Source of the DNA: Patescibacteria group bacterium
Lineage (GTDB): Bacteria; Patescibacteriota; Patescibacteriia; Magasanikbacterales; GWA2-37-8
Assembly: GCA_028705565.1 (NCBI GenBank)
Contig: JAQWDH010000002.1
Location: 40,262-104,261 of the forward strand
Direction of reading: 5' to 3'
DNA length: 64,000 nucleotides
Part shown: positions 51,007-59,995 of the stretch, in pieces
Layout: each line of letters starts with the position of its first letter
How positions within the stretch are numbered: position 1 is the first letter of the stretch
Made by a program: the position numbers and the translations under genes
The notes under the pieces: generated by a model
Told to the model about the DNA's origin: nothing
The model's database searches: none
What the model saw: the letters and a program-made list of their open reading frames with translations, nothing else

Positions 51007-54000
51007 TCAATCCTTTCTGTATTTCGGTTCGTTATCGCTTGCTGTTTTTTCTTTTACCACTTCGTATTCGCCATTTTCATTTCGCGACAACAATTCAACA
51101 TCCATGCACAGACCTTTAAGCTCACGCACTAAAACATTGAATGATTCCGGAACATTGACTTTCTTGATTTCTTCATTTTTGATTATTGACTCATACGCCT
51201 TTGAACGACCCGGCACATCGTCGGATTTGATGGTTAAAATTTCTTGCAAAGTGTGAGCCGCGCCGTATGCCTCCAAAGCCCAAACCTCCATTTCTCCGAA
51301 TCTCTGTCCGCCGAATTGCGCCTTGCCTCCCAACGGCTGTTGAGTTATCAAGCTGTAAGGCCCGACCGAACGTTGGTGTATTTTATCCTCAACCATATGG
51401 TTGAGTTTCAGCATATAATTGTATCCGACTGTTATTTTGTTATCAAATGACTCGCCGGTGCGTCCATCAAAAAGCGTCATTTTTCCATCAGTCGGAAAAC
51501 CGGCTTTTTTCAATTCTTCTTTGATTTGTTCTTCCGAAAGCCCGCCGAAAACCGGGGCCGCCACTTTATATCCCAACGCGTTCGCCGCGAGACCCAAATG
51601 AGTTTCCAAAATTTGCCCCAAATTCATGCGGGACACTACTCCGAGCGGAGATAAAATAATATCAACCGGAGTGCCGTCTTCCAAGAAAGGCATATCCTCA
51701 ACCGGAACGACTTTGGAAATAACGCCTTTGTTTCCATGTCGGCCGGCCATTTTGTCTCCTACTTGAATTTTACGAATATCAGCCACCATCACCTGCACCT
51801 GTTTTATAACTCCGGGCATCAATTTATCTCCATTTTCAGAAGAAAAAACTTTTACCCCGATGACTTTGCCGTGTTCGCCGTGTTCAAGATAAAGAGAAGA
51901 ATCGCGAACATCTCTGGCTTTTTCACCGAATATGGCGCGCAACAATCGTTCTTCCGCGGAAAGCTCGGTTTCTCCTTTCGGACTGATTTTTCCGACCAAA
52001 ATATCTCCGGATTTTACTTCAGCGCCGATTCTGACAATACCCTCGCTGTCCAAATTACTCAACTTTTCTTCGCTGATATTCGGAATATCGGCTGTTACCA
52101 ATTCCGGCCCGAGTTTTGTTTCGCGAACATCAACAGTATAATCTTCAATGTGAATTGACGTAAATCTGTCCTGGCTTACGAGCCGTTCAGAAACAATAAT
52201 CGCGTCTTCATAATTATATCCATGCCAAACCATATATGCCACCAATATATTTTGACCTAAAGCCAACTCATGATTTTTAATTGAAGGCCCATCAGTGAGA
52301 GGGTCGCCTTTTTTCACTTTTTGTCCGGCTTCAACCGTTATGTGCTGGTTAATGCAAGTTGAAGAATTGGAACGGACGAATTTTTTTAAATCGTAAACAT
52401 ATTCTTTGCCGTGTTTATCTTTCAAAATTATATGCTTTCCGTCAGCTTCGGAAATTACTCCGTCAGCGTCCGCCAAAATCACATAACCGGAGTTTAAAGC
52501 CGCCTTATATTCAATGCCTGTGCCGACCATTGGAGGGTCCGGATTGATACACGGCACGGCTTGCCTTTGCATGTTTGTTCCCATGAGAGCCCTGGTCGCG
52601 TCATTGTGTTCCAAAAAAGGAACGCAGGAAGTCGCAACGCTCACGATTTGATTGGAAGCCACATCCAGATATTCTATTGAGGAAGATTGCACCACTGACG
52701 GTTCGCCGCGCACGCGAGCCGAAGAAAACTCTTCAGTAAAATATCCGTCCGTGTCAACTTTGGTCGTCGCCATGGCCGTGATGACTTTTTCTTCCTGAAA
52801 AGCGTCCAGATACACGACTTCGTTTGTCGCGCGCGGACGCACGGATATTTTTTCCTGTTTTAATTTTTCCAATTTTTTGGCGATTTCGGAAGTAATTTTT
52901 GTTCCGTCCTTAATACCGCCGGCATCGCCTCTTAAAATTTCACCTTCCGTAAATTTCGCTTCATTCGGAACTTCGCGCAAAACTTTACAATAAGGAGTTT
53001 CAATAAAACCGAACTCGTTCACTCGCGCGAAACATGAAAGATGATTCACCAAACCGATATTCGGACCTTCGGAAGTTGATATCGGACAAATACGTCCGTA
53101 GTGAGTGGTGTGCACATCGCGCACTTCAAAACCGGCTCTGTCGCGGGAAAGACCTCCTGGACCGAGAGCGCTTACGCGCCGTTTGTGTTCCAATTCGGAC
53201 AACGGATTCGTTTGGTCCATAAATTGGGACAGCTGCGAACTCATAAAAAACTCGCGAATTGCTCCCACAACCGGACGCGCGTTGATAAGTTTGCTTGGAG
53301 TGAGGCCTTCCATCTCATAAGTGCTCATCCTGTCTTTTACAATTCGTTCCATTCTCGCGAGACCGACACGAAAACGATTTTGCGCTAACTCGCCCACCGC
53401 GCGCACGCGGCGATTTCCCAAATGGTCAATGTCATCCGGCGTTTCCTGCGTCACATTCAAACGAACGACTTCTTTTAAAACCAAAAGCAGTTTTTCCGCG
53501 GTCAAAATGCGGTTTTCCTTTTTTTCAAAATCTTCCGGTTTGAGACCTAAACCGAATTTACTGTTAAATTTGTAAACACCGACTTTGCCCAAATCGTATC
53601 TTTCAAAATTTGTGAACATCGCCATGATTAAACTTTTCGCGTTATCGGAAGTTGCCAAATCGCCGGGTCTAATTCTTTTGTAAACTTCAATCATTCCTTC
53701 GTCGGTATTCTTTGCCAAGTCCTTTTTAATTGTCGCGTCAATATAATCCGCGTTCGGATGATTATTTACATCCTTGAATAATTCGGTTATTTCTTCACTG
53801 GAACTATAACCAAAAGCGCGCAACAAAGAAGTGGCCGCCACTTTGCGCTTGCGGTCAACCTTAATCCATATCACATTGTTCATGTCTGTTTCAACTTCAA
53901 TCCAAGCGCCTCTGTTCGGAATAATCTTGCCACCGTAATAATAACGACCGCGAATATTTTCAGCGCTGAAAAATGCGCCCGCGCTTCTGATAAGCTGTAA

Positions 54001-54405
54001 GACCACGGCGCGCTCAATTCCGTTGACGACGAAAGTGCCTCGCGGAGTCATTACCGGAACATCGCCCAAATACACTTCCTGCGATTTTGAAGCTCCTGTG
54101 CGTTTGTTGAAAAGCCGAATGGTAACATGCAGAGGCGCTTCAAAAGTCAAATTTCGCTCGCGGCAAATTGTTTCTTGAAATTTCGGCTCATCCAAATAAT
54201 AACTGTCAAAATACAATTCCAAATCGCGGCCGCTAAAATCCGTGATTGGAGAAATTTCATCAAACAATTCTTTAAGGCCGAATTTAAAAAACCAATCATA
54301 AGAATTTTTTTGGACTTCAATAAGGTCCGGCAAAGGCATCGCGTCCCTTGTTTTTGTAAAAAATTTTCGTTCTAAACTTTTTAGCGGCTGTCTTTTAAAA
54401 ATCAT
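51007..54405 (-). CDS. rpoB: RNA polymerase beta subunit
   Basis: SQLSQFMDQTNPL, GDKMAGRHGNKG, GGQRFGEMEVWALEAYGA. Confidence 0.99.
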   Translation of the reverse strand: MIFKRQPLKSLERKFFTKTRDAMPLPDLIEVQKNSYDWFFKFGLKELFDEISPITDFSGRDLELYFDSYYLDEPKFQETICRERNLTFEAPLHVTIRLFNKRTGASKSQEVYLGDVPVMTPRGTFVVNGIERAVVLQLIRSAGAFFSAENIRGRYYYGGKIIPNRGAWIEVETDMNNVIWIKVDRKRKVAATSLLRAFGYSSSEEITELFKDVNNHPNADYIDATIKKDLAKNTDEGMIEVYKRIRPGDLATSDNAKSLIMAMFTNFERYDLGKVGVYKFNSKFGLGLKPEDFEKKENRILTAEKLLLVLKEVVRLNVTQETPDDIDHLGNRRVRAVGELAQNRFRVGLARMERIVKDRMSTYEMEGLTPSKLINARPVVGAIREFFMSSQLSQFMDQTNPLSELEHKRRVSALGPGGLSRDRAGFEVRDVHTTHYGRICPISTSEGPNIGLVNHLSCFARVNEFGFIETPYCKVLREVPNEAKFTEGEILRGDAGGIKDGTKITSEIAKKLEKLKQEKISVRPRATNEVVYLDAFQEEKVITAMATTKVDTDGYFTEEFSSARVRGEPSVVQSSSIEYLDVASNQIVSVATSCVPFLEHNDATRALMGTNMQRQAVPCINPDPPMVGTGIEYKAALNSGYVILADADGVISEADGKHIILKDKHGKEYVYDLKKFVRSNSSTCINQHITVEAGQKVKKGDPLTDGPSIKNHELALGQNILVAYMVWHGYNYEDAIIVSERLVSQDRFTSIHIEDYTVDVRETKLGPELVTADIPNISEEKLSNLDSEGIVRIGAEVKSGDILVGKISPKGETELSAEERLLRAIFGEKARDVRDSSLYLEHGEHGKVIGVKVFSSENGDKLMPGVIKQVQVMVADIRKIQVGDKMAGRHGNKGVISKVVPVEDMPFLEDGTPVDIILSPLGVVSRMNLGQILETHLGLAANALGYKVAAPVFGGLSEEQIKEELKKAGFPTDGKMTLFDGRTGESFDNKITVGYNYMLKLNHMVEDKIHQRSVGPYSLITQQPLGGKAQFGGQRFGEMEVWALEAYGAAHTLQEILTIKSDDVPGRSKAYESIIKNEEIKKVNVPESFNVLVRELKGLCMDVELLSRNENGEYEVVKEKTASDNEPKYRKD

Positions 54406-54647
54406 ACGATAAGTTTTAAAAATTTAATTCATTTATAATTTTAAAATAAAAACAAAAAATTCCGCCCTTTGTTTCAAAGCCGGTTTTTCAGAAGACGATT
54501 TTAGTTAAAAAAAGCAAGGATAACATGATTTTTTTATTACCTTGCATACAGCGTGATGCTTTCGTGTGAAAGCCAGCCGTACATCTTTGGCTTAAATAAG
54601 CCAAATTAAAAGCTTTTGTTTACTCTCAAAAATTCAAAAGCACAATA

Positions 54648-54676
54648 ATTATAGCAAACTACGGCGATTTTGTCAA
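54648..54676 (-). promoter_or_regulatory. rpoBC promoter
   Basis: TTGACA-17 bp-TATAAT with extended TG; implies a ~235-nt leader. Confidence 0.8.
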
Positions 54677-54716
54677 GAGGCGTTTATGCACAGGTTGTTG
54701 GCGCTACCGAACCATA

Positions 54717-54794
54717 GGATTACCTGCCTGCATACCTACGGTATGTAAACCGGTAGGCAAGCTTCGTTTCCACCCAGGGCGGATCGCAATGACA
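54717..54794. repeat. REP-like element GGATT..GCTTCG..CGCAATGACA with nested palindromic insertions
   Basis: Ends shared with 42275-42302 and 36918-36953. Confidence 0.55.
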
Positions 54795-54912
54795 AACAAC
54801 TGTCATTGTGAACGCGGGCGGCAGGCAGGGGATTTAAAATTTTAAAAAGTTATCCACAACTTCGTTCCTTGACTATACGCGTGGATAAATTAAAATTATA
54901 TATATACGACAA

Positions 54913-55078
54913 AGTTTTCCTTCGTCAAGCTGCGATAGAGTCGATGTGTTCAAGGGAACAGATTAATGAAACTACTCTATTTTTTGGACATTTATTTGTT
55001 CAAGGAGGCGTTTACAAAACTAATTTGTTCCATTATTTAACACTTGCGCCTCTTTTCGCAGCTTGAGGGAGGAAAACG
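54913..55078 (+). ncRNA. Long irregular hairpin RNA candidate (6S-like)
   Basis: End-to-end pairing with G-U wobbles that work only on the plus strand; upstream TTGACT-16 bp-TAAAAT. Confidence 0.55.
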
Positions 55079-55143
55079 TAAAATTATAACCCCTTGCTTC
55101 AAAAAAACGGGGGCTGTATCACGGCTACAACTACAAAATTTAT

Positions 55144-55177
55144 AACAAACAACGCCAAAAAATTTGGCGTTGTTTGT
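55144..55177. terminator. Bidirectional terminator after tRNA-Pro
   Basis: ACAAACAACGCCAAA/TTTGGCGTTGTTTGT. Confidence 0.8.
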
Positions 55178-55182
55178 ATTTG

Positions 55183-55256
55183 TCGGGGCGACACGACTTG
55201 AACGTGCGGCCTCCTGCTCCCAAAGCAGGCGCTCTAGCCAACTGAGCTACGCCCCG
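55183..55256 (-). tRNA. tRNA-Pro(TGG)
   Basis: CGGGGCG/CGCCCCG acceptor stem; CCTGC-TTTGGGA-GCAGG anticodon arm; CCA not encoded. Confidence 0.96.
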
Positions 55257-55921
55257 AAATTTTTTGAAATACCGCTAATCCATCCTTTAATTTTATTCAG
55301 TAAAATCACATCGTTTATTCTAATTCTTAAAGTTCCAAAAGGCAAATTATTTTTTCTTTTTAATTTGCTTGACTTGCTTAATTGAAAAGACGGGGAAAGG
55401 AATTGTTTTTTTTGTAATTTTAGTATTTTTGACCAATAATGCAAAGCGTTTTTGAAAGATATGTTTTTATGAATCTGTATTTGAATTTTAATTTTTTCTT
55501 TCGGTATAAAACAAATTTCAGTAAAAAAACGCATCATTATTTTGTTTATAAATGGATCGGAATTTGAAAATATAACATTCCAATTTCCTCTTTTATATCC
55601 CTCCGCCCAATATAAAGAATTTCCAATAAAAAATAAATCTTTTTTTGTTATTTTTTGTATTTGTTTTTCTGATTTTTTTTGTATGGAGACCCATCTTTTA
55701 CGGGCTACCACAGATCTATTTTTGTTATAAGCTGTTATATTTTGAGCCCACTGAATCTTAGCCTTTTTAATATTTTGTTGTTTTATAATTTCAAATTTTT
55801 TTATGTTTTTAAACCAATAACTTAATGTCCCTTTTGGTATATTAAGTTTTTGTGAAATTTCATTATAAGAATATCCATTTTTGCGTAGCTTTGTAGCCAA
55901 ATTTTTTATTTTTTTTTCCAT
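55247..55921 (-). CDS. HTH plus degenerate LAGLIDADG-like endonuclease-family protein within the tRNA operon
   Basis: LRKNGYSYNEISQKLNIPKGTLSYW HTH; IGNSLYWAEG.K...VIFSNSDP motif; very AT-rich. Confidence 0.7.
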   Translation of the reverse strand: MEKKIKNLATKLRKNGYSYNEISQKLNIPKGTLSYWFKNIKKFEIIKQQNIKKAKIQWAQNITAYNKNRSVVARKRWVSIQKKSEKQIQKITKKDLFFIGNSLYWAEGYKRGNWNVIFSNSDPFINKIMMRFFTEICFIPKEKIKIQIQIHKNISFKNALHYWSKILKLQKKQFLSPSFQLSKSSKLKRKNNLPFGTLRIRINDVILLNKIKGWISGISKNFGA

Positions 55922-56006
55922 AAATTAAAACCCGTGATAATTATAACAATTTTATTATATCACGGGTTTTAATTTCATGCAACTTTCAAAACAAAAGTCA
56001 GCTTTG

Positions 56007-56320
56007 TGCCGAGGGCGAGGATTGAACTCGCGACGCAAGGATTTTCCTTATATTTTCTTTGGTTTTCCAAAGGATCGGACTATATCTTCACCCCAATAAT
56101 ATCGGGGGCAGGGCGCTATTTGCGAGATTATTGTTGGCACTCACTCGCTAGTCTCTACGCCTTCCGAAGAACTTTTATGCCTCTTCGGCTTGGTTCGGAG
56201 TTGCCTTGTCCATTTTAATTAAGGATTTAGGTTTCTCCGAGTTCACCCTGTTTTTAATTCTGAATTACTTCAGAATGGACCGAAAACCAGTCCTTCGCTC
56301 TACCACTGAGCTACCTCGGC
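56007..56320 (-). tRNA. tRNA-Phe(GAA), split; exons 56289-56320 and 56007-56046
   Basis: Joined exons give GCCGAGG/CCTCGGC acceptor stem and AAGGA-CTGAAAA-TCCTT anticodon arm. Confidence 0.95.
56047..56288 (-). ncRNA. Group I self-splicing intron (242 nt) in the tRNA-Phe anticodon loop, position 33/34
   Basis: 5' exon ends in U, intron ends in G; P1 GGACU/GGUCC with U-G pair; P10 with GAAAAU; P7 AGAGACUA/AAGAUAUAGUCC; P3 CAGGGUG/CGCCCUG. Confidence 0.93.
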
Positions 56321-56328
56321 TTTATTAG

Positions 56329-56401
56329 TGGACCGACGGGGAATCGAACCCCGGACCTCCGCCTTGCAAAGGCGTTGCTCTACCAGCTGAGCTATCGGCC
56401 C
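56329..56401 (-). tRNA. tRNA-Ala(TGC)
   Basis: GGGCCGA/TCGGTCC acceptor stem with G3-U70; anticodon loop TTTGCAA. Confidence 0.97.
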
Positions 56402-56435
56402 GCATTTCGTTTCCCAAATGTCTAAAAACAAAAAT

Positions 56436-56464
56436 AGCATACCAAAAATTCACAAAAAAGTCAA
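56436..56464 (-). promoter_or_regulatory. tRNA operon promoter
   Basis: TTGACT-17 bp-TATGCT. Confidence 0.7.
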
Positions 56465-56505
56465 CTGGTGATATAATACAATAAATTTATTAACTTAAAA
56501 TTTTT

Positions 56506-56910
56506 ATGCTTGACTTAATTTATTTTGCCCAAATCGTCTATGCGTCTTTCCTCGGCGCGATTTTGGGGTGGCAAAGAGCGAGGTGGGGCAAATCAGCCGG
56601 CTCGCGCACTTACGCGCTTGTTACCGCAGGTTCCGCGCTTTTTACTTTGCTTTCAATCAACGCTTTCGGTTTAGGAAGCGATGTTAGCCGCGTGGCTTCG
56701 CAAATAGTCGTCGGCATCGGCTTTTTAGGCGCCGGCACGATACTCCATAAAGAAAATCGCGTGGAAGGTCTTACCACCGCCGCCGGCCTCTGGATAGCCG
56801 CCGCAATCGGCATGGCGGTCGGAACCGGATATTACACTCTCGCCGCCGCCACCACCGCCCTTATGCTCATAATCCTGTTTTTAGACAGAAGCAAAACAGA
56901 AGAAAAATGA
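56506..56910 (+). CDS. MgtC/SapB family membrane protein
   Basis: AGSRTYALV, SRVASQIVVGIGFLGAG, GLTTAAGLW.AAAIGMAVG. Confidence 0.94.
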   Translation: MLDLIYFAQIVYASFLGAILGWQRARWGKSAGSRTYALVTAGSALFTLLSINAFGLGSDVSRVASQIVVGIGFLGAGTILHKENRVEGLTTAAGLWIAAAIGMAVGTGYYTLAAATTALMLIILFLDRSKTEEK

Positions 56911-56955
56911 CACACCGCGGAACTACGCCATCAGTGTGTCATTGGTCATTTGGAT

Positions 56956-57342
56956 TTATCGCACATGATAATCCCTCAAAACTTCCACTTCTTCCACTAT
57001 GACTTTCAAAAGCCCGACAGTCGCGGCTTGCGCTTCCAATTCCGTTTTGCTGTTCACAAATTTTTGCCATTTGTCCAAAATTTTAGGATTATTAAGCTCG
57101 CGCACATTGTTTTCTAGTTTCAACCGCGTTTCAAAATCAACTTCGGACTTCGTTTCCAAAACTTTCTCAACGAACATTTTATAAAATTCCAAAATTTTGG
57201 TCACATCGGTCCTTTTTTGCAAATATGACTGCGCCACCGACAGCTCGCTTTTTAACATTATGGCTCGGCAGGCGAAATAAATATTTCCCGCGACCAACAA
57301 GGCGATAATTACCGCTAACAACACAATTTTCTTTTTTGACAT
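56956..57342 (-). CDS. Hypothetical protein with N-terminal membrane anchor
   Basis: MSKKK followed by a hydrophobic helix. Confidence 0.8.
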   Translation of the reverse strand: MSKKKIVLLAVIIALLVAGNIYFACRAIMLKSELSVAQSYLQKRTDVTKILEFYKMFVEKVLETKSEVDFETRLKLENNVRELNNPKILDKWQKFVNSKTELEAQAATVGLLKVIVEEVEVLRDYHVR

Positions 57343-57399
57343 ATAATATATAAATTATGGAATTATGAATTTTGGAATTTCTTAATACCATTCTGCCCG

Positions 57400-59811
57400 C
57401 TACGTCGTTCCTCTCTTCCTGTCCTTATAAAAATTAAACGCCAAAAGCATCGCAACCAAAATCAACGAGCAAGTTTTCCAATCAAGCATTTTTAGCCACC
57501 AATTTTTTGTCTTCATTTCAATATTGAAATGCACACCGCTTCCTTCTTTTACTTCAAATGGCCTGCCTTCATACGACAAATAACCTGGCGCTTCGGCGCG
57601 CACGTAATAAGTTCCTTCCGGCACGAGGAACGAGTATTTACCTGTAATATCCGTGATTTGCGGGTTGTCCTGTTGATAATCTTTTGCCGGCCACAATTCG
57701 TATTGATGTGTTGACGGATTAAACCAATTTATCGTCACGATAACACCCGGGATGCGGGCTTCTTTTCCGGCCATTTTTTCAAAAACATAACCTTCCGGGT
57801 CAATAACCGCGATCAACCGGATTTGTCTCTTGCCTAGATCAGGGTCAATATAATCCATCACTGTTATAATTTCATATTCGCCTTCCATAACAGGCGCCTG
57901 GATGACGGCAGTATAGATGCCGTCTTTTTCCGGGTCAGCATAATCAAATTCTTGTAAAACCAATTTTTCTTCCAATCTTACCGGCTGTTCTTCCGGCTGC
58001 GCCAACGCTGGATTTTGGAAAATGATTGAACCGATAACCGAGCTGAACGGTATTTCGCTGATAAATTTTTTAATGAAAGATTCTTCTTTGGCTTCCGCGA
58101 CAGGAATACCGAACAAAGCATTTTTAATTGTCATGGCAAATCCATTGTCCATCGTCTGTTGACTAACCGACTGTCTCTTTGACCTATACACCAAATACCC
58201 CTTCACCCCCCTCACTTTTCCATCGGGTTTTACGATAAGAGTAATTTCTTTTCCGGCAATCGTTGTTATTTTTTCTTCGGCTCTGCCTGAATTATCCACA
58301 GACAAAATCATATTAAAATCAATCAGCTCTCCGCCGGATTTTGCGAAAATAATTTCGGACGGAAGTTTATTTTTTTCCGCCTTGTTCAATTTTGCCAAAG
58401 GCAGTCCTTTCAAAAATCCAAACTCTTTAACATCCATTCCGGTTTTAGGAGTCGCGACTGTTTCGCTGAATCCAGGCAAAGAAAACGCTATTTCATTCAA
58501 ACGGGAAACATCGGACATTCTTTTTATGCCCAATTTGTTAAATGTGTCGCTCAAACGAGGAAAACTTTTTGCCAATTGGCTGATGCTTTTTGGCAATGGC
58601 GCGAAAACGAATTGGCGAATCTGTTTTTCAGGCATCAAAACATATTTTCCGCGCATTGAATACGGAGGAATTTTGGAAACCATTTTTTCTATCGGAACTA
58701 TTTCTTCATGCGTAGGTAATTTCGGTTTTAAAAACCCGGGCAAAATCGGCGATAAAATCTCGCGTATTCTTTCCAAGATGGTTTTTTCTTTCGGAGTTGT
58801 TGGAGCAACAGGTTTTTCTTCAACCGGCGAGGTTATTATTTCTTCTTCCACATCTTCGGTCGGAACGACAAGACGGAAAATTATTGAATCCGAATAAACA
58901 TCGGATGTCCTTCCCCATTGGGTATAAAATTTCGCGTAAACCGAACACTCAATATCGTTTGGCGGAACGACCGATGAATCCCTGTATGCTTTCCAGATTT
59001 GTTCCAAATCCACTGTTCCGGATTCTTGCCCTTTATATTTGCAGTTCATAAGAGTCCAAGGAATTTCATTTTGAAAAGGCAATAAATTCGCGCCAACAAA
59101 ATCGGATGTGTTGGAAATCGCCACTCTATCCGTATCGGTTCCGGCTGATAATTTTAAAACGACCATATCGCTGTCGGTGTAAACATCGCCATTATTAATT
59201 ACAATTGATAAATCCGCCACGCTCGGCGAACTGTAAGCCGCGGACGGGATATTTCCTCCTCCGCTGCTGTCTGTCTCATCAGTGTCGGTAAGCGAATCGC
59301 AACCGCTGTCAGACGGATAATCTATTTTGCCGTCTCTATCATCATCGGTTGAATTATTACAAGCCGGCCTCGCGGTTCTCGGACGCCAATCCGTGCGCGT
59401 ATCGCAATTATCGCAATCAAAAGTCAGGGTTCCGATCACATCGCCAGTCGCTGTTCCGCCAAATTTTCCGCTGGAATTTATTGTTACGCCGGAAAAATCA
59501 ATCCAACCGACATTTTCTCCCCATGCATTGCCAGACAAAGTTCCGTTATTATTATTTTTAACTCCGCTTTTAGTCGGATTCAAATTTATCCAACCGTAAT
59601 TTTCGCTCCACGCGTATCCGCTTAATTCAGAATCTGTAATGCTCACAGCGCCATTCGTATTTCCGAAATTTATCCATCCGATTCTGTCAGACCAGCCGTA
59701 TTTATAAGACGAATCAACAGTTCCGCTGGTGGAAGAAGCAAAAACAAAACCCGGGCTTAACAGCATAGCAAAGCCGATGAGAAATATAAGTTTTAATTTA
59801 TTTTTTAACAT
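57400..59811 (-). CDS. Large secreted/surface protein with C-terminal membrane anchor
   Basis: Signal peptide ending VFA; three G.AW.E..GWI repeats; CNN..DDD.DG.IDYP.D.GC Ca-binding-like motif; carboxypeptidase-regulatory-like domain; C-terminal helix. Confidence 0.85.
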   Translation of the reverse strand: MLKNKLKLIFLIGFAMLLSPGFVFASSTSGTVDSSYKYGWSDRIGWINFGNTNGAVSITDSELSGYAWSENYGWINLNPTKSGVKNNNNGTLSGNAWGENVGWIDFSGVTINSSGKFGGTATGDVIGTLTFDCDNCDTRTDWRPRTARPACNNSTDDDRDGKIDYPSDSGCDSLTDTDETDSSGGGNIPSAAYSSPSVADLSIVINNGDVYTDSDMVVLKLSAGTDTDRVAISNTSDFVGANLLPFQNEIPWTLMNCKYKGQESGTVDLEQIWKAYRDSSVVPPNDIECSVYAKFYTQWGRTSDVYSDSIIFRLVVPTEDVEEEIITSPVEEKPVAPTTPKEKTILERIREILSPILPGFLKPKLPTHEEIVPIEKMVSKIPPYSMRGKYVLMPEKQIRQFVFAPLPKSISQLAKSFPRLSDTFNKLGIKRMSDVSRLNEIAFSLPGFSETVATPKTGMDVKEFGFLKGLPLAKLNKAEKNKLPSEIIFAKSGGELIDFNMILSVDNSGRAEEKITTIAGKEITLIVKPDGKVRGVKGYLVYRSKRQSVSQQTMDNGFAMTIKNALFGIPVAEAKEESFIKKFISEIPFSSVIGSIIFQNPALAQPEEQPVRLEEKLVLQEFDYADPEKDGIYTAVIQAPVMEGEYEIITVMDYIDPDLGKRQIRLIAVIDPEGYVFEKMAGKEARIPGVIVTINWFNPSTHQYELWPAKDYQQDNPQITDITGKYSFLVPEGTYYVRAEAPGYLSYEGRPFEVKEGSGVHFNIEMKTKNWWLKMLDWKTCSLILVAMLLAFNFYKDRKRGTT

Positions 59812-59995
59812 GTTTTTTATTCATTTATAATCAATCAGCGATTTGGAAGTAGTTTCTTTTTTTTCGCTGATATAAGCTAAAATTTTTTTGATGTATCTGT
59901 ACGCATATATAGTTGATAGTTTATTATCAACTATAAACTACCGCATTTAAATTAAAGCTGTCAATTTTGTCTGTCCGTTGTCCATTTACTCACTG

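Noticed and set aside
46948-54375. Many plus-strand ORFs opposite rpoC and rpoB (and similar ones opposite other core genes)
   Set aside because: Antisense shadows of conserved genes with no motifs of their own
54684-54888. Replication origin
   Set aside because: Only three boxes, no dnaA or dnaN nearby, and skew cannot be assessed from this window
54869-55066. 65-aa ORF
   Set aside because: Its TTG start is the putative -35 box, and the region is better explained as structured RNA
56006-56218. 70-aa ORF
   Set aside because: Antisense to the tRNA-Phe 3' exon and the group I intron
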